In this document: positions 15,844 through 23,841 of the stretch, one piece after another | Layout of the letters: every line of letters begins with the position of its first letter | How positions within the stretch are numbered: the first letter of the stretch is position 1 | Assembly: GCA_937898665.1 (NCBI GenBank) | Contig: CALEIY010000127.1 | Span: 9,810 to 41,809 of the forward strand | Origin: Candidatus Bathyarchaeota archaeon | GTDB taxonomy: Archaea; Thermoproteota; Bathyarchaeia; TCS64; B23 | DNA: 32,000 nt | Reading direction: 5' to 3' | The notes under the pieces: model-generated | The model's database searches: none | Seen by the model: the letters and a program-made list of their open reading frames with translations, nothing else | Told to the model about the DNA's origin: nothing | Position numbers and translations under genes: made by a program

Positions 15844-16868
15844 TCAAACTCCGCTAGGCCCAGCAGCCTCAAGGCGTCGAGTAGACCCTCGCAATATGAG
15901 ATGGCTGCCAACGCCGTAGGCCATCTCCCCTCACCGGCGTAGTATTCGGCGTCACTCAGATACCTCGCGGCATAATCCAATATCCTCCTAGCCCCCTCGC
16001 TTAGGGGTTTATCCCTCAGCTTCTCCATCACTCTTCTACAGGATTTCATATATCTCTCCACCAGGTGTTCGGGTTCACCCCTCGGCCTCCATCCCTTTAA
16101 GGCTTCCCCTGGACAGTCGGCCAAAAGCCTCAACCCCTCCTCCTCCATGAAGTGGAGGCGTCCAGGAATTATCAACGCCTGCGGGGGGTCGCCGAAGTCT
16201 ACATCTAGGAGCTCCATGGCTCTACCCCCCCTGACGAGGGGGTTGCTCCAGCCTAGCCTTGCAACGCCGATGGCTGGCGTCTCCTCGTTGAAGACCTCCG
16301 GTCGATCAGCCTCTAGGAGGAGTCTCACCCCCTCGCTTACGCTCAGCCACCTATCCCTCTCGACATCTAGGTCTAGGAGGATTAGGGTGTGGAGGCCTAG
16401 GCTGAGATTCCCTTCCAGGGCTTCCAGAACCGTGTCGGGTGGCCCCCGCTCTGGGAGTGGAAGTGTGACTATCCTCCCAAATTTATAGAGGGAGAGACCC
16501 GTCTCCGCTATCGCTGTAAATATGGAGGAGCCATGGATCACCCATGTCGGTATGCCCCGCCTCTTGGCTTCAAGTAGCAGCGATATATGCGTCGTCGCGG
16601 CGAGGCAATCACCCCCGATAAGGAGGCCGACGAGGCTTCGGGATGCCTCGTCCAATATCCTAGGCTTCTCCCCCTCCAAATCCCTCCTTGAAAGCTCCGT
16701 TAGGGGTCTCTGGAGCACTTCTTCAAGCCGTTCCCTCGATGTGGAGAGCCTCGTGGTGTAGAGCTCCACGTAGAGCTTGTCGCAGCTCCTCGCCTCCTCT
16801 ACGGCCCTTAGGCTGAGGTCATATTCATCTGCCAGGCCGATGCTGATGAGTTTAAGCCCCCTCCCCAT
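15837..16868 (-). CDS. dph5: Diphthine synthase (Dph5) with an approximately 85-aa DUF357-like C-terminal extension
   Basis: Residues 1-257 are a tetrapyrrole-methylase-fold diphthine synthase (LISIGLADEYDLSLRAVEEARSCDKLYVELYT, GDCLAATTHISLLLEA, LHTLILLD). Residues about 259-343 (ARRILDYAARYLSDAEYYAGEGRWPTALAAISYCEGLLDALRLLGL) resemble the small archaeal DUF357 family. Confidence 0.88.
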   Translation of the reverse strand: MGRGLKLISIGLADEYDLSLRAVEEARSCDKLYVELYTTRLSTSRERLEEVLQRPLTELSRRDLEGEKPRILDEASRSLVGLLIGGDCLAATTHISLLLEAKRRGIPTWVIHGSSIFTAIAETGLSLYKFGRIVTLPLPERGPPDTVLEALEGNLSLGLHTLILLDLDVERDRWLSVSEGVRLLLEADRPEVFNEETPAIGVARLGWSNPLVRGGRAMELLDVDFGDPPQALIIPGRLHFMEEEGLRLLADCPGEALKGWRPRGEPEHLVERYMKSCRRVMEKLRDKPLSEGARRILDYAARYLSDAEYYAGEGRWPTALAAISYCEGLLDALRLLGLAEFEW

Positions 16869-17196
16869 CGTTCCTCCTCCTTAAGGGTATGCGCATTATG
16901 GCCCCACATCTCAGACAGGTGATGGCGACATGAGGCTCTCTACGCTGTCTGATCCTTACTCGACAATTAACGCCGGGGACGAGGAAGCCCTTACATCGAC
17001 GACATATACGCCGACGGAGATCCCTCGGCAGATGTATGCGCACCCTCATAGCGATCCTCCTCGCCAGGTCTACATAACGCTGAGCACGTTCAGGATTCTG
17101 GTGGAAGACCTCATCGGCTAACCTGAACAATATCCGTATCCGTTCCAAGGCGATCTCCCTAGCCTCCCGATCCACCAAACCCTGCCCAGAGAACAT
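16852..17196 (-). CDS. rnp4: RNase P protein component 4 (Rpr2/Rpp21 homolog)
   Basis: An N-terminal helical region is followed by a zinc ribbon, CRRCKGFLVPGVNCRVRI...ITCLRCGAIMRIP. Its 3' end overlaps the dph5 start by 17 nt. Confidence 0.85.
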   Translation of the reverse strand: MFSGQGLVDREAREIALERIRILFRLADEVFHQNPERAQRYVDLARRIAMRVRIHLPRDLRRRICRRCKGFLVPGVNCRVRIRQRREPHVAITCLRCGAIMRIPLRRRNDGEGA

Positions 17197-17234
17197 CTCG
17201 ACGACGAGGCTAAAACCCTTCCCACGAAGAAAGG

Positions 17235-17242
17235 GTTATAAG
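17235..17242 (+). promoter_or_regulatory. TATA box with purine-rich BRE upstream of tRNA-Met
   Basis: GAAGAAAGG-GTTATAAG is centred about 30 nt upstream of tRNA position +1 (17269). Confidence 0.5.
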
Positions 17243-17268
17243 CCCTCGTTCAACCATCACAAATCTGG

Positions 17269-17346
17269 AGCGGGGTGGGGCAGCCAGGTTAGCCCGTGGG
17301 GCTCATAACCCCAAGGTCGGTCGTTCAAATCGACCCCCCGCTACCA
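17269..17346 (+). tRNA. tRNA-Met (CAU), probable initiator, with genomically encoded CCA
   Basis: The cloverleaf was folded by hand:
- Acceptor stem AGCGGGG/CCCCGCT.
- D stem GGGC/GCCC.
- Anticodon stem TGGGG/CCCCA with loop CTCATAA.
- Variable loop AGGTC.
- T stem GGTCG/CGACC with loop TTCAAAT.
- Discriminator A, then CCA.
The A1:U72 pair and the G:C pairs closing the anticodon loop are initiator hallmarks in archaea. Confidence 0.9.
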
Positions 17347-17471
17347 TTTAAATGGAAATCAACTACCTCCCGTTTATGCCATTAAATGACATCCCTTGCC
17401 AGGGGTGAAGATCCTCTTTCTCCATAGTCCTTAGATCCATTCTAATATCTGCGGCCAATCGATGATCACAG

Positions 17472-18011
17472 ATGAGGATCTACACCATAGGCCACTCAAA
17501 TAGGGGGCTGAGCGAATTCCTAGAGCTCCTGGAGGAGTATGGGATTGAGGTCGTCGTCGACGTTAGGCGTTGGCCCACCTCCTCGAGGTATCCCCACTTC
17601 AACGGCGACGGTCTCAGGGAGGCCCTCTCGGAGAGGGGCATCGACTACCTATGGCTCGGCGACGTCCTCGGTGGATATAGGCGATACAGCCTTGGGGAGT
17701 CCTCACCCAATAGGGGTTGGAGCCGTGGAGGCTTCAGGAACTATGCTGACTATGCTCTAACGGAGGAGTTTAGGCGGGGCCTGGAGAGGATTCTGAAGGT
17801 TGCCGCTGAGAGGCGTGTGGCCATCATGTGTTCTGAGAGGTTCTATTGGCGTTGTCATAGGCGCATCATATCGGATCACCTCCATGCGAGGGGCGTTGAG
17901 GTGATACATATCATCGATAGGGGTCGAATTCGGAGGCATAGGTTGACGAGGTTCGCAGTCATCAGGGATGGTGTTCCAATATACCCGCCTCGGAAGGCTC
18001 AGGTAGGCTGA
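17472..18011 (+). CDS. DUF488 family protein
   Basis: MRIYTIGHSNR...VVVDVRR.P.S....F, and VAIMCSERFYWRCHRRIISD (conserved CxE...CHR), match the DUF488 pattern. TCTAATAT lies about 27 nt upstream of ATG 17472. Confidence 0.8.
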   Translation: MRIYTIGHSNRGLSEFLELLEEYGIEVVVDVRRWPTSSRYPHFNGDGLREALSERGIDYLWLGDVLGGYRRYSLGESSPNRGWSRGGFRNYADYALTEEFRRGLERILKVAAERRVAIMCSERFYWRCHRRIISDHLHARGVEVIHIIDRGRIRRHRLTRFAVIRDGVPIYPPRKAQVG

Positions 18012-18016
18012 GAGCA

Positions 18017-19063
18017 TCATAGGATCGCTTTCCCCACTATAGGTATGGGGTGGCCACACTCTGGGCATCTACCCTCCTCCGTGATGCAATAGTCGAGAAT
18101 CGAGAATCCATAACGCTCTATGAGGAGAGCTCCACATTCTGGGCAGTAGGTGTTCTCCCCTGGATGCCCAGGGATATTCCCGATGTAGACGTATCGGAGG
18201 CCAGCATCTAGGGCCATCTCCCTGGCCTTCTCCAGCGTCTTTACGGGTGTTGTCTTCGTCAATCCATACTCCCAGGCCCTGTAGGCGGGGTAGAACCTCG
18301 TGAAGTGGAGCGGCGTATCCCTCCCCAGCTTCAGCGTCCGCTCTATGATCTCCATGATGCATTCCTCATCGTCGTTGGCTCCGGGGATGAGGAGGTTCAC
18401 CATCTCTATATGCAGCCCCCGACGTCTAGCCTCCATGGCGTTTCGCCATACCACCTCGACGTCAGCCCCGTTACAGTATCGCCTGTAAAAGGCCTCATCC
18501 CCCTTGATGTCGATGCAGAGCGAGTCGAGTCCAGCTTCGATGAGAAGCTCCAAAGCCTCCAGCGTGAAATAGGCGTTGGTATTCAAGTTCCGATATAGGC
18601 CATGCTCAGCGGCTAATCTAAAGCAGTCGAGGATATATTCGAAGAGGGTGCAGGAGGCCTCGTTGAAGGTAAACGAAAGGCCCCTTGCCCCCGAGCTGAG
18701 GGCGAGTCTTATGAAGGTCTCCGGGCTGGTGTAGGATGCCCTCCTAGGGTCGGCGTCCACCATACTCAGCGTGTAGTTCTGGCAGTAGATGCATCTTAGG
18801 TTGCATCCCCAGCTTCCAGCTGAGAGTGCTCCCGACCCTGGCCAGTAGTGGAAGAGGGGTTTCTTCTCTATTGGGTTGACAACCACCGATGTGAGATCCC
18901 CATACGTGAGCGTATAGAGTTTTCCGCCTCGGTTCATCTTGGAGCCGCAGAAGCCTCGACGGCCCTCAGCTACATGGCATCGGCGCTCGCAGACCCCGCA
19001 GGTCACCGAGCCGTCGGGGTGAGTCTCGTAGAGTAGGGCCTCCCGTATGGTCTTCTGTGTCAA
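18017..19063 (-). CDS. amrS: AmmeMemoRadiSam-system-type radical SAM enzyme (PFL-activase-like)
   Basis: N-terminal Cys-rich segment CGVCERRCHV.EGRRGFCG, radical SAM CNLRCIYCQN, and a C-terminal zinc-ribbon-like CPECG...CPECG. The ORF-track ATG 19198 would overlap the carbamate kinase start. TTG 19063 (TQKTIREALLYE...) gives a typical 348 aa. Confidence 0.8.
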   Translation of the reverse strand: MTQKTIREALLYETHPDGSVTCGVCERRCHVAEGRRGFCGSKMNRGGKLYTLTYGDLTSVVVNPIEKKPLFHYWPGSGALSAGSWGCNLRCIYCQNYTLSMVDADPRRASYTSPETFIRLALSSGARGLSFTFNEASCTLFEYILDCFRLAAEHGLYRNLNTNAYFTLEALELLIEAGLDSLCIDIKGDEAFYRRYCNGADVEVVWRNAMEARRRGLHIEMVNLLIPGANDDEECIMEIIERTLKLGRDTPLHFTRFYPAYRAWEYGLTKTTPVKTLEKAREMALDAGLRYVYIGNIPGHPGENTYCPECGALLIERYGFSILDYCITEEGRCPECGHPIPIVGKAIL

Positions 19064-19157
19064 TCTGTTATAGGGGGCGTATAGGGAGCTTATGAAGGCT
19101 GTGCGGAAGCATTTTAAGTGTAAGCCTAAAAACTCTCTTCGCCGGAGTGTTTTTGAG

Positions 19158-20102
19158 ATGGGTAGGCGTGTCCTCATCGCTCTGGGCGGCAACGCCATAA
19201 AGCAGCCCGATGAGTGGGGAACCTATGAGGAGCAGATGAGAAACGTCTATAACACCTGTAGGCAGATCGCTGAGATAGCCCGTAGGGGCTATGAGATCGT
19301 CATCACCCATGGAAACGGCCCGCAGGTGGGGAATCTCGCCATACAGCAGGAGCAGGCTCAGCACCTAGTTCCGCCGCAGCCCCTCCACGTCCTCGGAGCC
19401 ATGACTCAGGGCCAGATCGGATACATGATCCAGCAGGCCTTGAGAAACGTCCTCGGCGACGAGAGACCCATTGTCACCATCGTCACCCAAGTGCTCGTCG
19501 ACAGGAATGACCCAGACTTCCAGGATCCCCATAAGCCCATAGGGCCCTTCTACACGGAGGAGGAGGCTAAGAGGCTGGAGAGGGAGAAGGGATGGAGATT
19601 TAGACTCGTCCGCCCAGGTGCTGAGAAGCCCTGGAGAAGGGTTGTCCCCTCACCTCAGCCCCTTGGAATAGTGGAGGCCCCAGCCATAAAGCGGATGGTG
19701 GAGAGCGGGGCCATAGTCATCGCCTCGGGGGGTGGCGGAATCCCCGTTGTGAGAGGTGAAGATGGGAGGCTGGAGGGCGTCGACGCCGTCATCGACAAGG
19801 ACTTGGCGGGGGAGAAGCTGGCGGAGGAGGTGGAGGCCGATGTGCTGCTAATCCTCACCGACGTGGAGGGGGCGATGCTCGACTATGGAAAGCCGACGCA
19901 GAGGCTGATCCGGAGGATGACCCTTGAGGAGGCTAAGGCTTACATGGCTGAGGGTCAATTCCCCCCGGGGAGTATGGGGCCTAAAGTTGAGGCCTGTATA
20001 AGGTTCCTGGAGTATGGAGGTGAAAGAGCTATCATTGCATCGCTGAATCAAGCCGTGGAGGCCTTGGAGGGGGAAACAGGAACCCAGGTGGTGAGGGACT
20101 AA
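19158..20102 (+). CDS. arcC: Carbamate kinase
   Basis: [21 protein letters not shown], and the C-terminal [10 protein letters not shown] motif. ATG 19158 matches the conserved N-terminus, and the ORF-track start at 19092 is over-extended. Confidence 0.9.
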   Translation: MGRRVLIALGGNAIKQPDEWGTYEEQMRNVYNTCRQIAEIARRGYEIVITHGNGPQVGNLAIQQEQAQHLVPPQPLHVLGAMTQGQIGYMIQQALRNVLGDERPIVTIVTQVLVDRNDPDFQDPHKPIGPFYTEEEAKRLEREKGWRFRLVRPGAEKPWRRVVPSPQPLGIVEAPAIKRMVESGAIVIASGGGGIPVVRGEDGRLEGVDAVIDKDLAGEKLAEEVEADVLLILTDVEGAMLDYGKPTQRLIRRMTLEEAKAYMAEGQFPPGSMGPKVEACIRFLEYGGERAIIASLNQAVEALEGETGTQVVRD

Positions 20103-20104
20103 TC

Positions 20105-20114
20105 GATAAATATC
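20105..20114 (+). promoter_or_regulatory. TATA-like box upstream of the FUN14 gene
   Basis: GATAAATATC is centred about 26 nt upstream of ATG 20136. Confidence 0.4.
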
Positions 20115-20135
20115 GAGTAGGGGGAAATCACATCG

Positions 20136-20453
20136 ATGGAGATTCCCTGGGAGATCTTCACCCCCGTCGCTGGGGAGGTGGGCATAGGAGCCGTGGGAGG
20201 CTTCCTAGTAGGCTACGCCCTGAAGAAGATCGCTAAGATCCTCGCCGTCATCCTCGGCCTCGGCTTCCTCCTGCTGCAATACCTCGCCTATAAGGGCATC
20301 ATCGTCATAAACTATGATGCCCTCCAGGATTGGGTTCTACACCTCTTAGGCTTGACGGAGGGGACTCAAAGCGTCCTCGTCGACGCCCTCAGCCATATCC
20401 CCTTCGGAGCCAGCTTCGCCTTCGGCCTCTACATGGGCTTCAAGAAGGCCTGA
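20136..20453 (+). CDS. FUN14-family small membrane protein
   Basis: GIGAVGGFLVGYALKKIAKILAVILGLGFLLLQYLAYKGII..NYDAL fits the FUN14 domain pattern. About 3 TM segments. Confidence 0.7.
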   Translation: MEIPWEIFTPVAGEVGIGAVGGFLVGYALKKIAKILAVILGLGFLLLQYLAYKGIIVINYDALQDWVLHLLGLTEGTQSVLVDALSHIPFGASFAFGLYMGFKKA

Positions 20454-20979
20454 GACATACGCAGAGGAGCCGCTCATAGAAGAGAGGTAGAACCTCCAGC
20501 ACCTCAACCCTATAACCCATGAAGACGTCTCCATCAAGCCCCGTCAACGTCGAATAGACTAGTAGAATGCCCCCCTCATCTCTGAGGTAGCTGGAGGCCT
20601 CTCGGAGGAAGCGTTCGATCACCTCTCCACCCCTGGGGCCTCCAGCCCAGGAAGGCTCATCCACAGCGCCCTCAGAGGGGAGATATGGCGGATTGAAGAC
20701 GATCCAGTTGAAGAGGCCGAGAGGTCTGAGAGCTGAGAATAGGTCTGCGATGAGGAGCTCCACACGATGCCTCAGGCCCGCCTCCCTTAGATTCCTATCA
20801 GCATCCCTCACCGCCTTCGGGTCGATGTCCACAGCCACAACCCTCTCCACCTCAACCCTAGAGGCGGCTCCCAAGGCCTGGATGCCGCTCCCCGTCCCCA
20901 TGTCGAGGACTAAGCCCCAAACCAGGCGCTCAACATGCCTCAACAAGAGATAGGAATCCTCTGCAGGCTGGTAAGCCAA
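20440..20979 (-). CDS. HemK-related/Mtq2-like N5-glutamine methyltransferase (archaeal release-factor methylase type)
   Basis: YQPAEDSYLL, SAM motif I VLDMGTGSGIQAL, VAVDIDP, and the catalytic NPPYLP. TTG start has ATAATAAT about 30 nt upstream. The 3' end overlaps the FUN14 gene by 14 nt. Confidence 0.8.
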   Translation of the reverse strand: MAYQPAEDSYLLLRHVERLVWGLVLDMGTGSGIQALGAASRVEVERVVAVDIDPKAVRDADRNLREAGLRHRVELLIADLFSALRPLGLFNWIVFNPPYLPSEGAVDEPSWAGGPRGGEVIERFLREASSYLRDEGGILLVYSTLTGLDGDVFMGYRVEVLEVLPLFYERLLCVCLRPS

Positions 20980-21065
20980 TCCATCAATATAGAGGTCGGA
21001 GAGCCATTATTATCCCTACGCCCCAAACGACTCCCTCGACATATCATCGATGGGGGATGCGACGA

Positions 21066-22487
21066 CTAATAGGCTCTGGAGACGTAGACGACGTAGAGAG
21101 CTTCCCCGCCGCATGCGATGCAAGGCCCCGTCGGCGTCTCCTCCTCATCCCACCTCATGCCCCTAATTTCTCCTGCGACCTCCTCCTTCATCCTCTCGGC
21201 GCATTCATCTGAGCCGCACCAGTTCACCTTGACGATGCGCCTCTCCTCCATCAGCCTCCTCAACTCCTCTAGGTTGCTGGCCTCCCTGATCTCGCTTCTC
21301 AGTCTACTCCAGCTCCTCTCCCTGAGATTCTCCTCGATCTCCTTGAACAAACCCCTAATAGCCTCCACAGCCCCGTCTAGGGGTGTCTCACGTCTCTCCA
21401 GGGTGTCCCTCCTGACGAGGGTGAGCGTCCTCCCCTCCACCTCCTTGGGGCCGATCTCAACCCTAACGGGGATGCCGAACATCTCCCACTTATAGAACTT
21501 CTCGCCAGGCCTCCGCTTTGGATCGTCGTCGAGGATCACCCTTAAGCCTCCTTCACTGAGAACCCTCTCAGCCTCGACGGCGTATTCTGCGACGGCCTCC
21601 TCATAGCCCTTCATGGGAATCGGGACGATGACGACCTGCTTTGGAGCGATGATCGGAGGCAGCACAAGGCCGTGATCATCGCCGTGGTGGGCTATGACGG
21701 CCGCTATGGTTCGGCTGATCCCGAGGCCATAGCAGGTGGTGGAGGCGTAGCGCTGACGCCCAGTGGGATCCTCATAGGTGACTTCGAAGGCTCTTGAGAA
21801 GTTCTCGCCTAGGTGGTGAACCGTCCCTATCTGGTTGACCTTCCCATCAGGATTCCAGGTGTCGAAGGCGATGCTATAGACCGCTCCGGCGAACTTGTCG
21901 AACTCTGGTCTACGGAGGATGAGGTAGCTGAGGCAGAGCTTGTCGAAGACCTTCGAGTATATCTCGACGCCCTTCCTCACCTGCCTCTCAGCATCCTCAA
22001 AGTCGACGTGAGCCGTATGAGCCTCATTCCATAGGAACTCACGGCCCCTATAAAGCGGCCTCGTCGCCTTGGTCTCATAGCGGTAGACGGTGCAGGTCTG
22101 ATGGATCTTCAGCGGCAGATCCGCATGGCTTCTTATCCAGAGCTTGAAGAGGGGGTAGATAGCCGTCTCCGACGTCGGCCTCAGGATCAGCCTCCTCTCC
22201 AGCCTCCTCTCACCGGCGTGGGTGATCCAGAAGACCTCCCCTGAGAAGCCGGCTATATGCTCAGCCTCCCTCCTGAAGGCGTCTTCGGGGATTACCGTCG
22301 GGAACAGAACCGGTTGATGGCCATCCTCCTCCAGGAGCTCCTCCAATATGGAGGCGATCCTCCTCGCGATCTCATATCCCCACCCCCGATATACGACGAA
22401 GCCCTTCACGGGGTATCGGTCATCGACGATCTCAGCCTCCCTCAGAACCCTGTCAAACCACTCGCTGAAATTCTCATCCTTCTCCAT
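21066..22487 (-). CDS. proS: Prolyl-tRNA synthetase (archaeal/eukaryal type)
   Basis: FSEWFDRVLREAEI.D.RYPVKG, class II motifs (FRREAEH, LRPTSET, YRGREFLWNEAHT), an anticodon-binding domain, and a C-terminal zinc-binding domain ending ...SRAY. Confidence 0.95.
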   Translation of the reverse strand: MEKDENFSEWFDRVLREAEIVDDRYPVKGFVVYRGWGYEIARRIASILEELLEEDGHQPVLFPTVIPEDAFRREAEHIAGFSGEVFWITHAGERRLERRLILRPTSETAIYPLFKLWIRSHADLPLKIHQTCTVYRYETKATRPLYRGREFLWNEAHTAHVDFEDAERQVRKGVEIYSKVFDKLCLSYLILRRPEFDKFAGAVYSIAFDTWNPDGKVNQIGTVHHLGENFSRAFEVTYEDPTGRQRYASTTCYGLGISRTIAAVIAHHGDDHGLVLPPIIAPKQVVIVPIPMKGYEEAVAEYAVEAERVLSEGGLRVILDDDPKRRPGEKFYKWEMFGIPVRVEIGPKEVEGRTLTLVRRDTLERRETPLDGAVEAIRGLFKEIEENLRERSWSRLRSEIREASNLEELRRLMEERRIVKVNWCGSDECAERMKEEVAGEIRGMRWDEEETPTGPCIACGGEALYVVYVSRAY

Positions 22488-22522
22488 CCCACACCAGCCT
22501 CACTAATCTTCAACACCACCCA

Positions 22523-22530
22523 TTTTAAAT
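22523..22530 (+). promoter_or_regulatory. TATA-like box upstream of apgM in the proS/apgM divergent spacer
   Basis: TTTTAAAT is centred about 28 nt upstream of ATG 22554. Confidence 0.45.
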
Positions 22531-22553
22531 CTCAGCATCTCCTAGAGCTGTGG

Positions 22554-23783
22554 ATGAAGGCTGTCATCGTCGTCGGGGATGGGATGGCCGACCGCCCCCT
22601 AAGGGAGCTTGGGGGAAGGACACCGCTGGAGGCCGCTGAGACACCTAATCTCGATGAGATAGCTCGAAGCGGCGTCTGCGGAATCATGGACATCCTCTCC
22701 CCAGGTAGGCCTCCTGGAAGCGATGTGGCCAACCTCGCCCTATTGGGCTATGACCCCTATAAATGCTATCGGGGGCGGGGCGCCCTCGAGGCCCTAGGCG
22801 CAGGGATAGAGATGGGGGAGGGAGACGTGGCCCTGAGGGGGAACTTCGCCACCATTAGAGACGGCGTCATCGTCGACCGACGAGCCGGAAGGATCGATGG
22901 CACCATATTCACCGAGTATCTCAGCGACGTGAAACTCGACGCCTATCCAGATGTGGAGATCCTAGTGAAGCCGACGCTGGGGCATAGGCTCGTCGTCGTC
23001 CTCAAGGGTGAGGGGCTAAGCTGGAGGGTTTCAGACATCGACCCCCATAAGACCGGGGTTCCACCCCTCAAGGCTGAAGCCCTAGATGGCTCTCCGGAGG
23101 CCGAGAGGACGGCTGACATCCTAAACCAACTCTACGAGCTGTTGAGGGAGAAGATGGAGAGGCATCCCATCAATAGGGAGCGAGGGGAGAGGGGGCTGCC
23201 TCCAGCTAACGCCATCATACTCAGGGGCGCCGGAGCCCCGCCGAGGGTGAAACCTCTCAGGGAAATCTACGGCGTCAAGGGCGCCTGCGTCGCCATCACG
23301 CCGACGGTTAGGGGGGCCTGCGCAGCGGCGGGCCTCGACCTCTACGATGCTCCAGGGGCCACTGGGGGAGTTGACACCGACGCGGTCTCCAAGGCGAGGG
23401 TGGCGGTGAAGCTCCTCAGCGACTATGACCTCATCTACATCCATGTTAAGGGGGCTGACAACGCCACACATGACGGCGACGTGGAGGCGAAGATGATGGT
23501 CATCGAGAAGATCGATGACTTAGTGGGCTACCTCCTCAATCACGTCGAGGGGGATGAAACCTACATCGCCGTCACGGCTGACCATACCTCCAGCATAAGG
23601 GTGAGGGAGCATGTCGGAGACCCCGTCCCCATAGCCATTTGGGGGCCGGAGGTGAGGATGGACAACGTTGATGCCTACTCGGAGAGGCTATGCGCCAGAG
23701 GTGGACTTGGAAGGATTAGGGGTGTAGACCTCATGCCGATATTGATGAACCTCCTCGACCGCGTTGAGCGCTTCGGAGCTTAG
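22554..23783 (+). CDS. apgM: 2,3-bisphosphoglycerate-independent phosphoglycerate mutase, archaeal type
   Basis: MKAVIVVGDGMADRP...TPLE.A.TPNLD..A..G..G, then HVKG.DNA.HDGD and ADH. The 409-aa length is typical. The ORF-track 22257 start is an antisense read-through of proS. Confidence 0.9.
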   Translation: MKAVIVVGDGMADRPLRELGGRTPLEAAETPNLDEIARSGVCGIMDILSPGRPPGSDVANLALLGYDPYKCYRGRGALEALGAGIEMGEGDVALRGNFATIRDGVIVDRRAGRIDGTIFTEYLSDVKLDAYPDVEILVKPTLGHRLVVVLKGEGLSWRVSDIDPHKTGVPPLKAEALDGSPEAERTADILNQLYELLREKMERHPINRERGERGLPPANAIILRGAGAPPRVKPLREIYGVKGACVAITPTVRGACAAAGLDLYDAPGATGGVDTDAVSKARVAVKLLSDYDLIYIHVKGADNATHDGDVEAKMMVIEKIDDLVGYLLNHVEGDETYIAVTADHTSSIRVREHVGDPVPIAIWGPEVRMDNVDAYSERLCARGGLGRIRGVDLMPILMNLLDRVERFGA

Positions 23784-23841
23784 GGGAAGGGTTTATAGGG
23801 GTTGAGCGACATTTCCGCATGTTAACCCTCAGGCGGTCACC

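Noticed and set aside
17347-17471. AT-rich 125-nt region after the tRNA as a candidate ncRNA or integrated-element border
   Set aside because: No stable extended structure, box motifs or adjacent integrase or foreign genes. It most simply holds the tRNA terminator T-tracts and the DUF488 promoter (TCTAATAT at 17441-17448).
19064-19198. ATG 19198 as the radical SAM start, and TTG 19092 as the carbamate kinase start
   Set aside because: The two extensions would overlap each other head-to-head. Both add basic, non-conserved N-termini. The conserved family N-termini begin at about 19063 (minus strand) and 19158 (plus strand).
22257-22553. 99-codon N-terminal extension of the apgM ORF
   Set aside because: It is antisense to the proS 5' region and has no ApgM homology. 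The conserved ApgM N-terminus starts at ATG 22554, with a TATA-like box 28 nt upstream.
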